NCBI GenBank assembly: GCA_009914755.4
Contig: CP068257.2
Span: 11,328,001 to 11,392,000, forward strand
Direction: 5' to 3'
DNA: 64,000 nt
Source: the human T2T-CHM13v2.0 reference genome, Homo sapiens
The notes under the pieces: model-generated
The model's database searches: none
Told to the model about the DNA's origin: nothing
Seen by the model: the letters and a program-made list of their open reading frames with translations, nothing else
Position numbers and translations under genes: made by a program
Shown here: positions 45,369-56,118 of the stretch, one piece after another
Position numbering within the stretch: the stretch's first letter is position 1
How the letters are laid out: each line of letters opens with the position of its first letter

Positions 45369-46552
45369 TCCAAGTGTTATTCTTAATCAAAAAAAGAAAA
45401 AGTTTATCTGACTATATTCGACCCTGATTATTTATGTAGCTTCAGAAAGAGGAGTTAAACACATAGGTGAAGTCTTCCCTCCACCAGGTTCTAAAATGTA
45501 AGATTCATGGCCTTCTGAAAACACTCCCTTACCAATGTGAGGCTGGAACCATAGAACAGGTGGAGGACTTAGTAGGTATTGGCTCAACATTTAAAGTACA
45601 ATCTTTTTCCTTAATAGGTATTTTCATACCTTATAAACACATGTATGACCTTGGATGTCCAATTAAATCCCAGGAAAAAAGGACAGATTCTTGATGAAAC
45701 TAGGCAAATAATGAGACAGCAAGTAAAAAGGGCTCCCCAGCAGAACCTCCGACCAGCTTGCACACTGACAGGAGTGCACACTGAGGTGGAGCCTCAGGAA
45801 GTTTGCAGCGGGGAGGAGCCTGGCCTCTTCTGTTCCAGGACGGAGGCTGGGATTCAATCTATGAGGCAGGAAGCTGGGTAGCAGGAGTCTCTGTTTCTCC
45901 TTTTTTCCCTTTTGCCCAATAAATTCCATTTTTCTTACCCTTCAAAGCGTCGGTGAGCCTAATATATCATGGCTGTGTGACAAGAACGCAGCTTTTAGCT
46001 GAACTAAGGAGAAAGTCTTACAATAATAATATGTTGTCTTACAAGCATGGAGAGTCAGTACAAATATATTTTTCTGAATTCTCAGAGAAAAATAGAAATT
46101 AGACAGCGTTTGAAGGATGTATTTCACTTACAAGCTGTAGTATATAAAATTGAGGATCAGAGCTAGAAAAAGAAACTGTGTAATTATACTCCTTCTACTG
46201 GATGTTGAGTCAGTTTTTTGCTTTGATAAAATTATCTACCAATGAGGCAAAAAATAAATCCTTAAAACAATGAGATTTAAAAGTAAGTTGTTATGCTCAG
46301 TACTTTATAGGAGAACATTCAAGTAAGTGTCAGAGGAAAACAAAAACCACCTAGAGAAGCAACTAAATGGCTGTTTAATTTATATAGTAAACAATAATAT
46401 AAAAATGGAGAAGAATAAAATTCTGCATTAGGTTCAATACTATCTCATAAAGACTTGACCAATGTTTCACCTGGGGGCATATACCTCTCCAATTTCCTAT
46501 TACAGTCTCTAATCTGTGAGTTAAATGTCTACAGTTCCTAAACAATTCACCT

Positions 46553-46553
<1 letters not shown>

Positions 46554-46592
<39 letters not shown>

Positions 46593-46865
46593 GACAGAGT
46601 ATCCCTGTGTCACCAGGCTGGAGTGCAGTGGTGCGATCTTGGCTCACTGAAACCTCTGCCTCCTGGGTTCAAGTGATTCTCCTGCCTCAGCCTCCCGAAT
46701 AGAGGAGACTACAGGCATGCACCACAACGCCCAGCTAGTTTTTGTATTTTTAGTAGAGATGGGGTTTCACCATGGTGGCCACGATGGTCTCAATCTCTTG
46801 ACCTCCTGATGTGCCCACCTCAGCCTCCCAAAGTGCTGGGATTACAGGCGTGGGCCACCGCACCC
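46554..46865 (-). mobile_element. Alu with a 38-nt pure poly-T tail
   Basis: The 38-nt poly-T tail (46,554-46,591) precedes 'ggacagagtatccctgtgtcaccaggctggagtgcagtggtgcgatc', and the element ends 'gattacaggcgtgggccaccgcacc'. Confidence 0.9.
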
Positions 46866-47344
46866 CACCACCATTCATCTTAATATGTAAGATTATGTAA
46901 AATGAACTGAGAAGGCTGAGTCTTTTAGAATTGACCTCATGCAACTCACACAGATGTGTGGAACTAATGAAGAAATATGGGGCATACCAAAGAAGCCCAA
47001 TTTATTTTAGCCTCATCCATTTTATAAGGCAAAAATTGTCACAGTTTTTCTAGAGGTCACCTAGGAAATCTAAAAAATTCTTATTTTTCCCTAAAAATCA
47101 GAAAATATTTACTTTTTGGAATTTAAGATATAATTTCAGATGGGCAAAAATTAAGTGTTATCAGAGGAGATTTGGTCACTGTGATAAAGATAGGAATACA
47201 GGTACAGAGAAGAAAATGGTGGCAATAATCCCAATGACAATACAATATTCTAAAATAAGCATAGAAAAATATATCATAATTGTTAGAAAATGTATCCGTT
47301 TCATAATTAATTATGCTGTACAAATGTTTTTTTCTTATTTTTCT

Positions 47345-47880
47345 TTCTAGCTTCATTGAAGTATGATTGATAAATAAAAATTGTACATATTTAAGTTATA
47401 TAATATGATGTGATGTATGTATACATTGTGAAGTAATAGCCGCAGTCAATTAACATTTTCATCAACTTACAAAGTTACACTTTCTCTGTGTGTGTCTATG
47501 TGTGCTTGTATGGAAATACATAAGACCTACCCTGTTAGCAAAATTCAAGTATACAATACATTCTTATCAGCTGTAGCTACTATGCTATATATGTTAGGTA
47601 TCCAGAATTTATTCATCTTTTAACTAAAAGCATCTCCCCATTTTTCCTACCTTCTAATCCCTAGCATCTAATGAGTTTAAATTTTTTAGATTTCACAGAT
47701 AAATGAGATTATGCAGTATATTTGTCTTTCTGTGTCTGGCTTATTTTACTTAGCATTTTGTTCTCTCAGTCCATCAATGCTATCACAAATTTTAGGATTT
47801 CTTTCTTTTGTAAGGATGAATAATATTCCATTGTATGTATATGCCACATTTTCTTTATCCACTAATCTGTAATAAAGGCT
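47345..47880 (-). mobile_element. Old L1 fragment (3' region) in antisense orientation
   Basis: The motif '…aataatattccattgtatgtatatgccacattttctttatccactaatctgt' and upstream antisense 3'UTR-like sequence match the antisense L1 motif seen at 13,760-13,800 ('gtattccatggtgtatatgtgccacattttcttaat'). Confidence 0.5.
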
Positions 47881-47934
47881 ATTATTCAAAATACACAAGA
47901 AACCCTTCAAATTTCACAAGAAAGCAAACAATTC

Positions 47935-48620
47935 AGTTAAAAATGGGGAAACAGTATAAATGGATAAGTCACCAAAGGAAATATAAAAATGGCAAGTAAG
48001 TATTTGAAAATATATTCAACAACATATGACTTTAGGGGGATAAAGCAATTCTATATATTGAAATTTCCTTTAACAAAGAAAGCAAATAGAAAACTTTCTC
48101 AGAAAAACAAAACTTTAGTGATACATCATCAGCTGACCTGTCTTGCAAGAAATACTAAAGGAAGTTCTTCAAGTGGAGAGAAAATGATGCAAGTGAGAAA
48201 TTCAGATACACAATAAAGAAGTAATAAATGAAAAAGAATAAATTAAAGTTAAAAACTTTTTTTATTCTTAGTGATCCATAAGATAACTGTTTAGTCACAA
48301 GAAATGGGTAATTATAGAATGTGGACAGATGAAATTAACAATAGCAATGTCATAAGGTACAGGAGGTACAATCTGGTAGTATTTTTATGGGATACCTACA
48401 CTACGTGTGAAGTAACAATTTTATTTGAAGATAGACATAAAATGTATATAATCAATTCTAATTAATTTAAAGATAGACTTAAAATGCATATAATCAATCC
48501 TAAGAAAACCACCGCAAATTTTTAAAAGAAGTGATGAGATCACATCTCATGAGGTGATGAGATACACCAAGAGCTGAGACAAAAATGCAATCATAGAAGA
48601 TGCTCAATTAAAATAAGAGA
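47935..48620 (+). mobile_element. Old L1 ORF2 (5' half) fragment, sense orientation
   Basis: Plus-strand translation gives '…KANRKLSQKNKTLVIHHQLTCLARNTKGSSSSGEKMMQVRNSDTQ…', which resembles the L1 ORF2 N-terminal region (…[30 protein letters not shown]…). The fragment contains a ~40-bp local tandem duplication ('aagatagac(a/t)taaaatg(t/c)atataatcaat') at 48,425-48,505. Confidence 0.5.
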
Positions 48621-48624
48621 AGGC

Positions 48625-48893
48625 AGGCCAGGCACAGTGGCTCCTGCCAGTAATTCCAGCACTTTGGGATGCCAAGGTGGTTGGACCACCTGAGGCTAGC
48701 CCGACCAACATGATGAAACACCGTCTCTATTAAAAATACAAAAGTTAGCCTGGTGTTTTGGCACACATCTGTAATCCCAGCTACTCTGGGCTGAGGTGGG
48801 AGGATCACTTTAACCTGAGATGTGGAGGTTGCAGTGTGCCAAGACTACCACTGCACTCCAGCCTGGGTGACAGAGTGAGGCTCTATCTCAAAA
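48625..48893 (+). mobile_element. Alu inserted in the L1
   Basis: The element starts 'ggccaggcacagtggctcctgccagtaattccagcactttgggatgccaaggtggttggaccacctgaggc' and ends '…cactccagcctgggtgacagagtgaggctctatctc'. Confidence 0.85.
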
Positions 48894-48950
48894 TAAAATA
48901 AAATAAAATAAAATTAAAATAAAATAAAATAAAATAAAATAAAAATAAAT
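48894..48950. repeat. (AAAAT)n microsatellite (Alu tail expansion)
   Basis: The tract reads aaaataaaataaaataaaataaaattaaaataaaataaaataaaataaaataaaaataaat. Confidence 0.9.
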
Positions 48951-48954
48951 GAAT

Positions 48955-50440
48955 ATAATTAATGATTATATTCTACTTCAACAAAAGTAGAATACACATT
49001 CTTCTCTAGTTTGTACAAGACACACTGCATTATGGGCCATAAATGTCTTAAAATTTTTCAAAGAATAAAGTTCATACAAAGTACACACTCAGACCACAAT
49101 AAAAATTAAAGTAGAAATAAATAGCAGGAAGAATTGAAAAATTTTTCAAATATTTGAAGACTTAACAAAACATCTAAATGCATCCCAAAAGAAGACTAAA
49201 CAGTAATTAAAATATTTGGAATTAAATGAAAATGAAATCACAACTTATTAAAATATATGAGATACAGTAGAACTAGTACCTAAATTTATAGCATTAAATG
49301 CGTATTATTATGAAAAAAGAGATAAAATCAATAACCTAAGCTTCTGCCTTAAGAAACTAGAAAAAGAAAATCCAAAGTAAATAACAAGGGAAAAAATATA
49401 TAAAGTTTAGCAGATATCAGTAAAATATAAAACAGGAAAACAATAGAGAAAATCAATGAAACAGAAAGCTGTTTCTTTGAAACGATCTATAAGCTTGCTA
49501 ACATTTAGACAAACTAATAAAGAAAAAAAGAGAGAATGCACAACTAACAAATATTGGAAGTGAAACAGGGGTATGGGTTATGACTACTGATTTTGTGGAC
49601 ATTAAAAGGATGATATATTTACTATATTAAAAACTCTATACTCACAAGTTCAATAACCTATATAAAATGGACAAATACCTTGAAAGACACAATATGCCAA
49701 TACTCACAAAAGAAAAAATAGATAACATGAGTACTCTTATATCTATAAAAGGAATTGAATAAATAGTTAATAACCCACCCACCCCTCCAATGGTTCCAGG
49801 CCCAAATGGCTTTAGTGGTGAATTCTATCAAGCATTTAATGGCAAAATTATACCAATTTTCCACAGACTTTTCAAGAAAATGGAATTAGAGAGAACACTT
49901 CCTAATTCATTCTATGAGGTAAATATTACCCTCTTACCAAATCCAATAGACATAAAATTAAATAAAATCAATATATCAATATCTCTCATGAAAAAAGATT
50001 CAATAATCCTTCACAAAATACTAGACAATTGAATCTAACTATGTATTTATTTTAGGTAAGACAGTATGCAAGACTGATTCAATATTAGAAAATTATCTGC
50101 AGAATTTCCTAAATCAACAGGTTAAGGAAGAAAAATCATGTGACTGTATCAATTGATGTAGAAAAAGCTTATGGCAAAATCTATCACCCATCTATAATTT
50201 GAGAAACTCTCAGAAAACTAGGAATTGAGGTGAATTTTCATAACTTGACAAAGAACATCTACAAAACCCCTAAAACTATCATACTTAATGATGAGAATTG
50301 GGATACTTTTTCCCAAAAACCAGGAGCAAGAAGAATTTTGTTTTTTGTTTTTTTTCTTTCACCACTTGCAAAATGAAACCACCACTTTGGAAGACAGATG
50401 GGCAATTTCTTAGGCCCATAGTTGCTATACTATATGTAAA
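48955..50440 (+). mobile_element. Old L1 (L1M/L1P) ORF2 fragment, RT-domain region
   Basis: ORF 49790..50032 'MVPGPNGFSGEFYQAFNGKIIPIFHRLFKKMELERTLPNSFYEVNITLLPNP' aligns to L1 ORF2 '[51 protein letters not shown]'. Downstream '…KLGIEVNFHNLTKNIYKTPKTIILNDENWDTF' aligns to '…[33 protein letters not shown]'. Confidence 0.7.
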
Positions 50441-50477
50441 AAAAAAAAAAAAGTCTTACATATAATATAGCAATTGT

Positions 50478-50642
50478 GTTTTTTTTTGTTTGTTTTGAGA
50501 TAGAGTCTTGCTCTGTCAGCCAGGCTGGAGTGCAGTGGTGCAATAGAAGGATACTGCAACTTCCACCTCCTGGGTTCAAACAATTCTCCTGCCTCGCCTC
50601 CAGAGTAGCTGGGACTACAGGCACCTACCACCATGCCCGGCT

Positions 50643-50677
<35 letters not shown>

Positions 50678-50822
50678 TATTTTACTAGAGACAGTATAAC
50701 CTTTTGATTTGGGAAATTTTACCATGTGGCCCAGGCTGTTGTCCAACTCCTGAGCTCAGGCAATGCGACCGCCTCGGCCTCCCAAAGTGCTAGGATTACA
50801 GGTGTGAGCCACCGTGCCTGGC
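50478..50822 (-). mobile_element. Alu with an internally expanded ~38-nt poly-T tract and a small insertion in the middle linker
   Basis: The sequence 'tttgagatagagtcttgctctgtcagccaggctggagtgcagtggtgcaat…ccatgcccggctaa' is followed by a T(38) run (50,641-50,678) and 'gtattttactagagacag…gcccaggctgttgtccaactcctgagctcaggcaatgcgaccgcctcggcctcccaaagtgctaggattacaggtgtgagccaccgtgcctggc'. Confidence 0.85.
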
Positions 50823-51061
50823 TGCAAATGTGTTTTTAGGTGTTTATCCACCTTATTTGAAAACCATGTCCACACCAAAACTGACGCATGAATATATATA
50901 TAGCAGCTTTGTTTATAATTCCCGAAACTGGAAGAAACCTCGAGGTCTCATAATTGATGAATGGAAAAAAAAAAAACTGTGATACGTCATATAAGGGAAT
51001 ATTACTTCCTAAAAAAGTAAATGATCTGGCAAAAGATTCAGTGAGGAGGTTTAATAGGTGA

Positions 51062-51446
<385 letters not shown>

Positions 51447-51661
51447 TGCGTTTGTTAAAAAACAAAGAATCTCACAGCACAAAGAGTGTCACTTAATATA
51501 TGCAAATTTTAAAACAACAACAACAACAAAGTAGGTGTTCTGGGGATCCTGGGATGGAATGCAGAATGTGATAGAAAATCTAAAGTACTACAAATGTATA
51601 AAGCCACTTCACTCTAGGGAGTGGGAAAAACGTGCTGACATAAGCATCTTAGAAAATGGAT

Positions 51662-51955
<294 letters not shown>

Positions 51956-52429
51956 AAGAAAAAGAAAAAGAAAAAGAAACAAAGAAAATGCATGAAGACT
52001 GAAAGGAAGAGAAACTGCAAACAACTCATGTGATCTGGGTGGTGTAGCTGTTTCCTACAGGAAATGGGATAGCGATTCTGATATTGATAGAGAATAAATG
52101 TATATTGGAACTAGACAGTTAAGCAAATGGATGACAAATGACAGGAGCCTGGTTTCTCACTATTAAAGTGGGAGGTTACATGTAAGCAAGGGGAGAAGGC
52201 CAGAATGATCATGTGATAAAAGAATTGAGTCGTAGACATCAGTATGAACTAACACTTATACACATTACATTTAGAAATATTTATAGTTATGTGTATACAC
52301 AGCTTTGTATACACACATTTATTTCTTTGCTCTGTAAACTAAGACGGTCTAGAACCAATGATATCACAGCAGAAATGAGCATATCTAACACTCAAGTCTT
52401 CAATTCGTGGGTTTTTGTTCATGATCCGG

Positions 52430-52546
52430 GATCCAGGAGTTGGGCCCTGGGGCTGGGCATTGTGTAGCCTCCGGGATGGTGCTGAGCATCCATTCCCACC
52501 CTCCTGCAGCTGGGGACCCATCCCTTGACTTGGGACCCCTGGAGGC
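52430..52546 (-). repeat. Inverted, CpG-decayed partial copy of a segment of the downstream CpG island (53,955-54,072)
   Basis: The segment 52,430-52,546 'gatccaggagttgggccctggggctgggcattgtgtagcctccgggatggtgctgagcatccattcccaccctcctgcagctggggacccatcccttgacttgggacccctggaggc' aligns to the reverse complement of 53,955-54,072 'gatccaggagctgggccctggcgctgggcatcgtgcagcctccagggtggcgctgagcgtcggttcccggcctcctgcagccagggacccaacccctgacttaggctccctggaggc'. Most differences are CG to TG/CA. Similar peptides also appear in ORFs 52339..52560(-) and 53945..54385(+). Confidence 0.8.
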
Positions 52547-52679
52547 AAGAACATGGTCACCCACTTTAATCACATGGTCCCTATCACATAATCAGAGGGC
52601 GCTGTGGGTTTTAACTCTTCAAGCTAGATGTGTAAACAATTCGACATAGATAAGATATAGTGACTAGAAGTCTTTTATT

Positions 52680-53062
52680 TATTTTGAGAGAGAGTCTCTG
52701 TTGCCCAGGCTTGGAGTGCAGTGGCACAAACAATCAAACAATAACCAAAATCCAGAAGAATGAAAAGGTCAAATGCTGTCAAGGATGGGGAGCAACAGGA
52801 CCTCTCATTCCTTGTTTGTGGCACAATCAGTTTACTGTACCCACGAACTCCCAGGCCCAAGTGATCATGCCACAATCAATCTCCCAAGTAGCTGGGGCCA
52901 CAGGCATGCACCACCATGCCTGGCTGATTGGTTTTATTTTTATAGAGATAAAGTTTCCCTGTGTTGTCTAAGCTGGTCTCAAACTCCTGGGATCAAGTGA
53001 TCCTCCTATCTCGGTCTCCCAAAGTGCTGTAAGTACAGGCATGAGGTCCTGCACCCAGCCTG
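52680..53062 (-). mobile_element. Mosaic of Alu pieces (minus) interrupted by a ~105-bp L1 ORF2-3'-like fragment (52,731-52,845)
   Basis: The sequence 'tttattttgagagagagtctctgttgcccaggcttggagtgcagtggcacaa' then an insert containing 'ggatggggagcaacaggacctctcattccttgtttgtggcacaatcagtttactgtac' (compare L1 'ggatgtggagcaacaggaactctcattcattgctggtgggaatgcaaaatggtacag'), then 'cccaggcccaagtgatcatgcc…cccaagtagctggggccacaggcatgcaccaccatgcctggctgatt…ctcccaaagtgctgtaagtacaggcatgaggtcctgcacccagcctgg'. Confidence 0.55.
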
Positions 53063-53454
53063 GAAGTCTTTATAGATAAGTTCAATTTAACTGTTTCTCC
53101 ATCTGATCCACTCAGCCGAGTTTCCCTCTCAGTCCAAGGGTGAGAACTGCAGCTCAGCCCCATCCAGGATGGCTGCAGATGACCCAGCGCCACTGCCATA
53201 CTCCAGATGCTGGTCAACGAGGAAGGGATCCTGAGGCCTGGCAGCGGGCGCTCTCAGGAACCTTGAAGCCCTCTAAACGGGACCCGCCATCCGTGCCTGT
53301 CAGAACTGGTGCCGCTACCTGCACTTGGCACACAGGCAAATATGGCCAAGCAACCCCAAACTCCCCTCTTCCCCTCTGGGCCCAGGCGGCGCTGAACCTG
53401 CTGCTCAGCCGCATCCTGGCGACTGCACAGTGCCCAGAGCCTGCAAACCAGCGC

Positions 53455-54065
53455 TCAGGGCGCGAGCCAAGGAAGAGCAGGGCCTAGAGTGGGAGGGCGT
53501 GTGCCACACGGCTACCCTAAGGCCGTCGGGCCCAGCCCTGCAGCCTCTACCGTGGGCTCAGCTGCAGCTGGCATTTGAAGGTGGCAGCAGCGGTGGCAAC
53601 CCCAGAACCTGTCCGCGCCACCAGCAGGCGAACCCCAGGGTCGGACACCGCCACTGCGCCTAAGTCAGGCAGTGGGACCTCAGTTGCAGGATCGTGGGAA
53701 CCTGCTGCAAAGCCTCGTCGCCGCAGCTGTACAGGGCCCAGTGGTCGCAAGCCTGCGCTGCCAGCGCGAGCCGAGGAAGAGCAGAGCCCCGGGTGGAAGG
53801 GCGATGTACTCGGCGATGCTCAGCGGTCTGGGCCCAGCCCTGTAGCCTCTACCATGGGCTCAGCTGCAGCTGCCACCTGAACATGGCACGTGGCAGAAGA
53901 GGCTGCAACCCTGACCCTGCCAGCGCCACCAGCCGCGCGGATACTTGGGCCAGAAGCCTCCAGGGAGCCTAAGTCAGGGGTTGGGTCCCTGGCTGCAGGA
54001 GGCCGGGAACCGACGCTCAGCGCCACCCTGGAGGCTGCACGATGCCCAGCGCCAGGGCCCAGCTC
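53455..54065. repeat. Two tandem copies of a ~305-bp GC-rich unit inside the CpG island (a third, more diverged partial copy lies upstream at ~53,150-53,455)
   Basis: Unit 1 reads 'cagggcgcgagccaaggaagagcagggcctagagtgggagggcg…cccagccctgcagcctctaccgtgggctcagctgcagctggcatttgaaggtggcagc…ccgcgccaccagc…gcctaagtcaggcagtgggacc…' and unit 2 reads 'cagcgcgagccgaggaagagcagagccccgggtggaagggcg…cccagccctgtagcctctaccatgggctcagctgcagctgccacctgaacatggcacg…cagcgccaccagc…gcctaagtcaggggttgggtcc…'. Parallel peptides appear in ORFs 53325..53663 and 53575..53880. Confidence 0.8.
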
Positions 54066-54275
54066 CTGGATCTCAGGTTGAGGAGGGGCCAGGAGCGGCT
54101 CTGTCAAGCAGGCCATGTGGCAGGGAGCCCCCCACGTTCCGCTGTAAGGAGCCCTGCCAGCCCGATAGCGCCTCAGTAGCAGGTGCCACCTGCACGCCGT
54201 GCTGGGCGAAGCGCAGCCAGGGCGGTTTCCTGCCTCGCGTGCCTCCCAGGTCTGCTGAGTTGCGCATGCGCTGTT

Positions 54276-54338
54276 GCCTAACGGTTCTGCTCAGCTGCCT
54301 AACGGTTCTGCTCAGCTGCCTAACGGTTTTGCGCAGCC
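54276..54338. repeat. 21-bp motif 'gcctaacggttctgctcagct' in three perfect/near-perfect tandem copies ~170-230 bp upstream of the ATG
   Basis: The sequence 'ctgttgcctaacggttctgctcagctgcctaacggttctgctcagctgcctaacggttttgcgcagcc' also yields 'RQLSRTV RQLSRTV RQ' in the minus ORF 54073..54369. Confidence 0.9.
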
Positions 54339-54502
54339 ATTTTCTCCCTGGAGAGGCTGGAGTGTCCAAAAGCTTGGCCGACTGAGATTGCTAGTCGTGT
54401 CAGGGCGGGTGCGGGACTGAAGAAGGGCGAGGGCGAGCGGCGGGGACTGGGGAAGGGCGAGCAGCGGGAGGCACGGGCTCTCTCTAGCAGGTGGCTGCAG
54501 CC

Positions 54503-54719
54503 ATGGAGAGGCTCTGTGCCGCCGCTGTCAAGGGCCAGACGGGCCCAGAGCGCCCAAGCCCCTTCAGTCAGCTGGTCTACACCAACAACGACTCTTACGT
54601 GATTCACCATGGGGATCTCAGGAAGATCCACAAAGCTGCCTCCCGGGCCAAGCCTGGAAGCTGGAGAGGATGATGAAGAAGACGACAATGGACCTGAACA
54701 TAAGAGATGCGAAGAAGAG
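54503..54719 (+). CDS. Exon 1 coding part (start codon to donor aag ag|gtaccag); frameshifted at ~54,647
   Basis: The ATG lies at 54,503 in a Kozak context. Frame 2 reads MERLCAAAVKGQTGPERPSPFSQLVYTNNDSYVIHHGDLRKIHKAASRAKPGSWRG*. The homologous continuation LERMMKKTTMDLNIRDAKKR is in frame 1. Confidence 0.6.
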
Positions 54720-55484
54720 GTACCAGGCCCTGCCTGAGCCGGGGCTGCAGGAGGAGGAGGAGGCTGTGGGAGGATCGCCCCTTCAGAGTGGGGGCTGGGG
54801 GTCCTGGGGACGAGGGGAGCAGGTGGAGGAGTGGTGGGCAGCGGGGCGGCCGTCCTGGCCCCGAGGTCTTGATTTTCTTCCCGGGAAGGCCCCCCAGGCC
54901 TTGGATGGGGGAGCCCTGCAGGGCAGAGGGCCCAGGCCACCTTAAAATCAACCCCAAACTTTAGTTAGCTGCTTTCTCCTTCACTCCCACTTCCTCTCAC
55001 AGAGCACTGTGTAGAGAATTTTAAAGTGATTTAACTTACAAAATTAAGTACATACAGGGTTTTACTTTTAATGTACAGGTTTTAAAAGATAATGTTAGAT
55101 ACATTATGAAATGGTGCATAATGAAATAATTCCCATAATATATTAACTTCTTGGCTAAAAATTTTTTGGATAAAGTCCAGTAACCATTTCAATATCAATG
55201 AATGTCTATGTAAATATATTCTTTGCTGAGGGACCTTAGAAGGTAACTTTGAGGTGGGAAGATGGTTTATGTTTTCGAATTTAAGAAGACTCATTTTTCT
55301 GAAGATGCAAGTTCTTTATCAGTTTTACATAAACCAAATAAAGTTATCAACGTTTTAACATTTTTAAAATTACACACGCTGTCTTTTACTATTGTGATGA
55401 CATTTAACAAATTTTGTAACGGAGTAGAAAAGTCTTGCCCTTCTAGATTTCAAAATGTGCTATTAATTTGCACAAAATGGGCCA

Positions 55485-55760
55485 TGGCCAGGCGCGGTGG
55501 ATCATGCCTGTAATCCCAGCACTTTGGGAGGCCGAGGTGGGTGGATCACGAGGTCAGGAGATTGAGACCATCCTGGCTAACACGGTCTCTACTAAAAATA
55601 CAAAAAATTAGCCGGGTGTGGTGGTGGGCGCCTGTAGTCCCAGCTAATTGGGAGGCTGAGTCAGGAGAAATGGTGTGAACCTGGAAGGCAGAGCTTGGAG
55701 TGAGCCGAGATCGCACCACTGCACTCCAGCCTGGGTGACAGAGCGAGACTCCGTCTCAAA
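55485..55760 (+). mobile_element. Alu (intron 1) followed by (AAAT)n to 55,796
   Basis: The element starts 'tggccaggcgcggtggatcatgcctgtaatcccagcactttgggaggccgaggtgggtggatcacgaggtcaggag' and ends '…gacagagcgagactccgtctcaaaataataataaataaataaataaataaataaataaaatttg'. Confidence 0.9.
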
Positions 55761-55819
55761 ATAATAATAAATAAATAAATAAATAAATAAATAAAATTTG
55801 AAAAAGAAAAAAAAAAAAA

Positions 55820-56118
<299 letters not shown>

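Larger units (their letters stand above)
53150..54950 (+). promoter_or_regulatory. CpG island / putative promoter and 5' region of the ANKRD30B-like gene
   Basis: The ~1.8 kb interval has very high G+C and CpG density (for example 'ccgcgccaccagcaggcgaaccccagggtcggacaccgccactgcgcc' and 'gcgggtgcgggactgaagaagggcgagggcgagcggcgggg'), in sharp contrast to the flanking AT-rich sequence. It contains the start ATG (54,503, Kozak gcagccATGG) of exon 1. Confidence 0.75.

Noticed and set aside
53140-54964. Long GC-rich ORFs on both strands in the CpG island (for example 54320..54940(-) 206 aa proline-rich, 53945..54385(+) 146 aa, 54604..54957(-))
   Set aside because: Stop codons are rare in GC-rich DNA, so these are statistical ORFs. 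They overlap each other on opposite strands, are Pro/Ala/Gly/Arg-rich low-complexity, and partly correspond to the tandem 305-bp unit. Only the plus-strand ORF starting at ATG 54,503 has homology to ANKRD30A/B.
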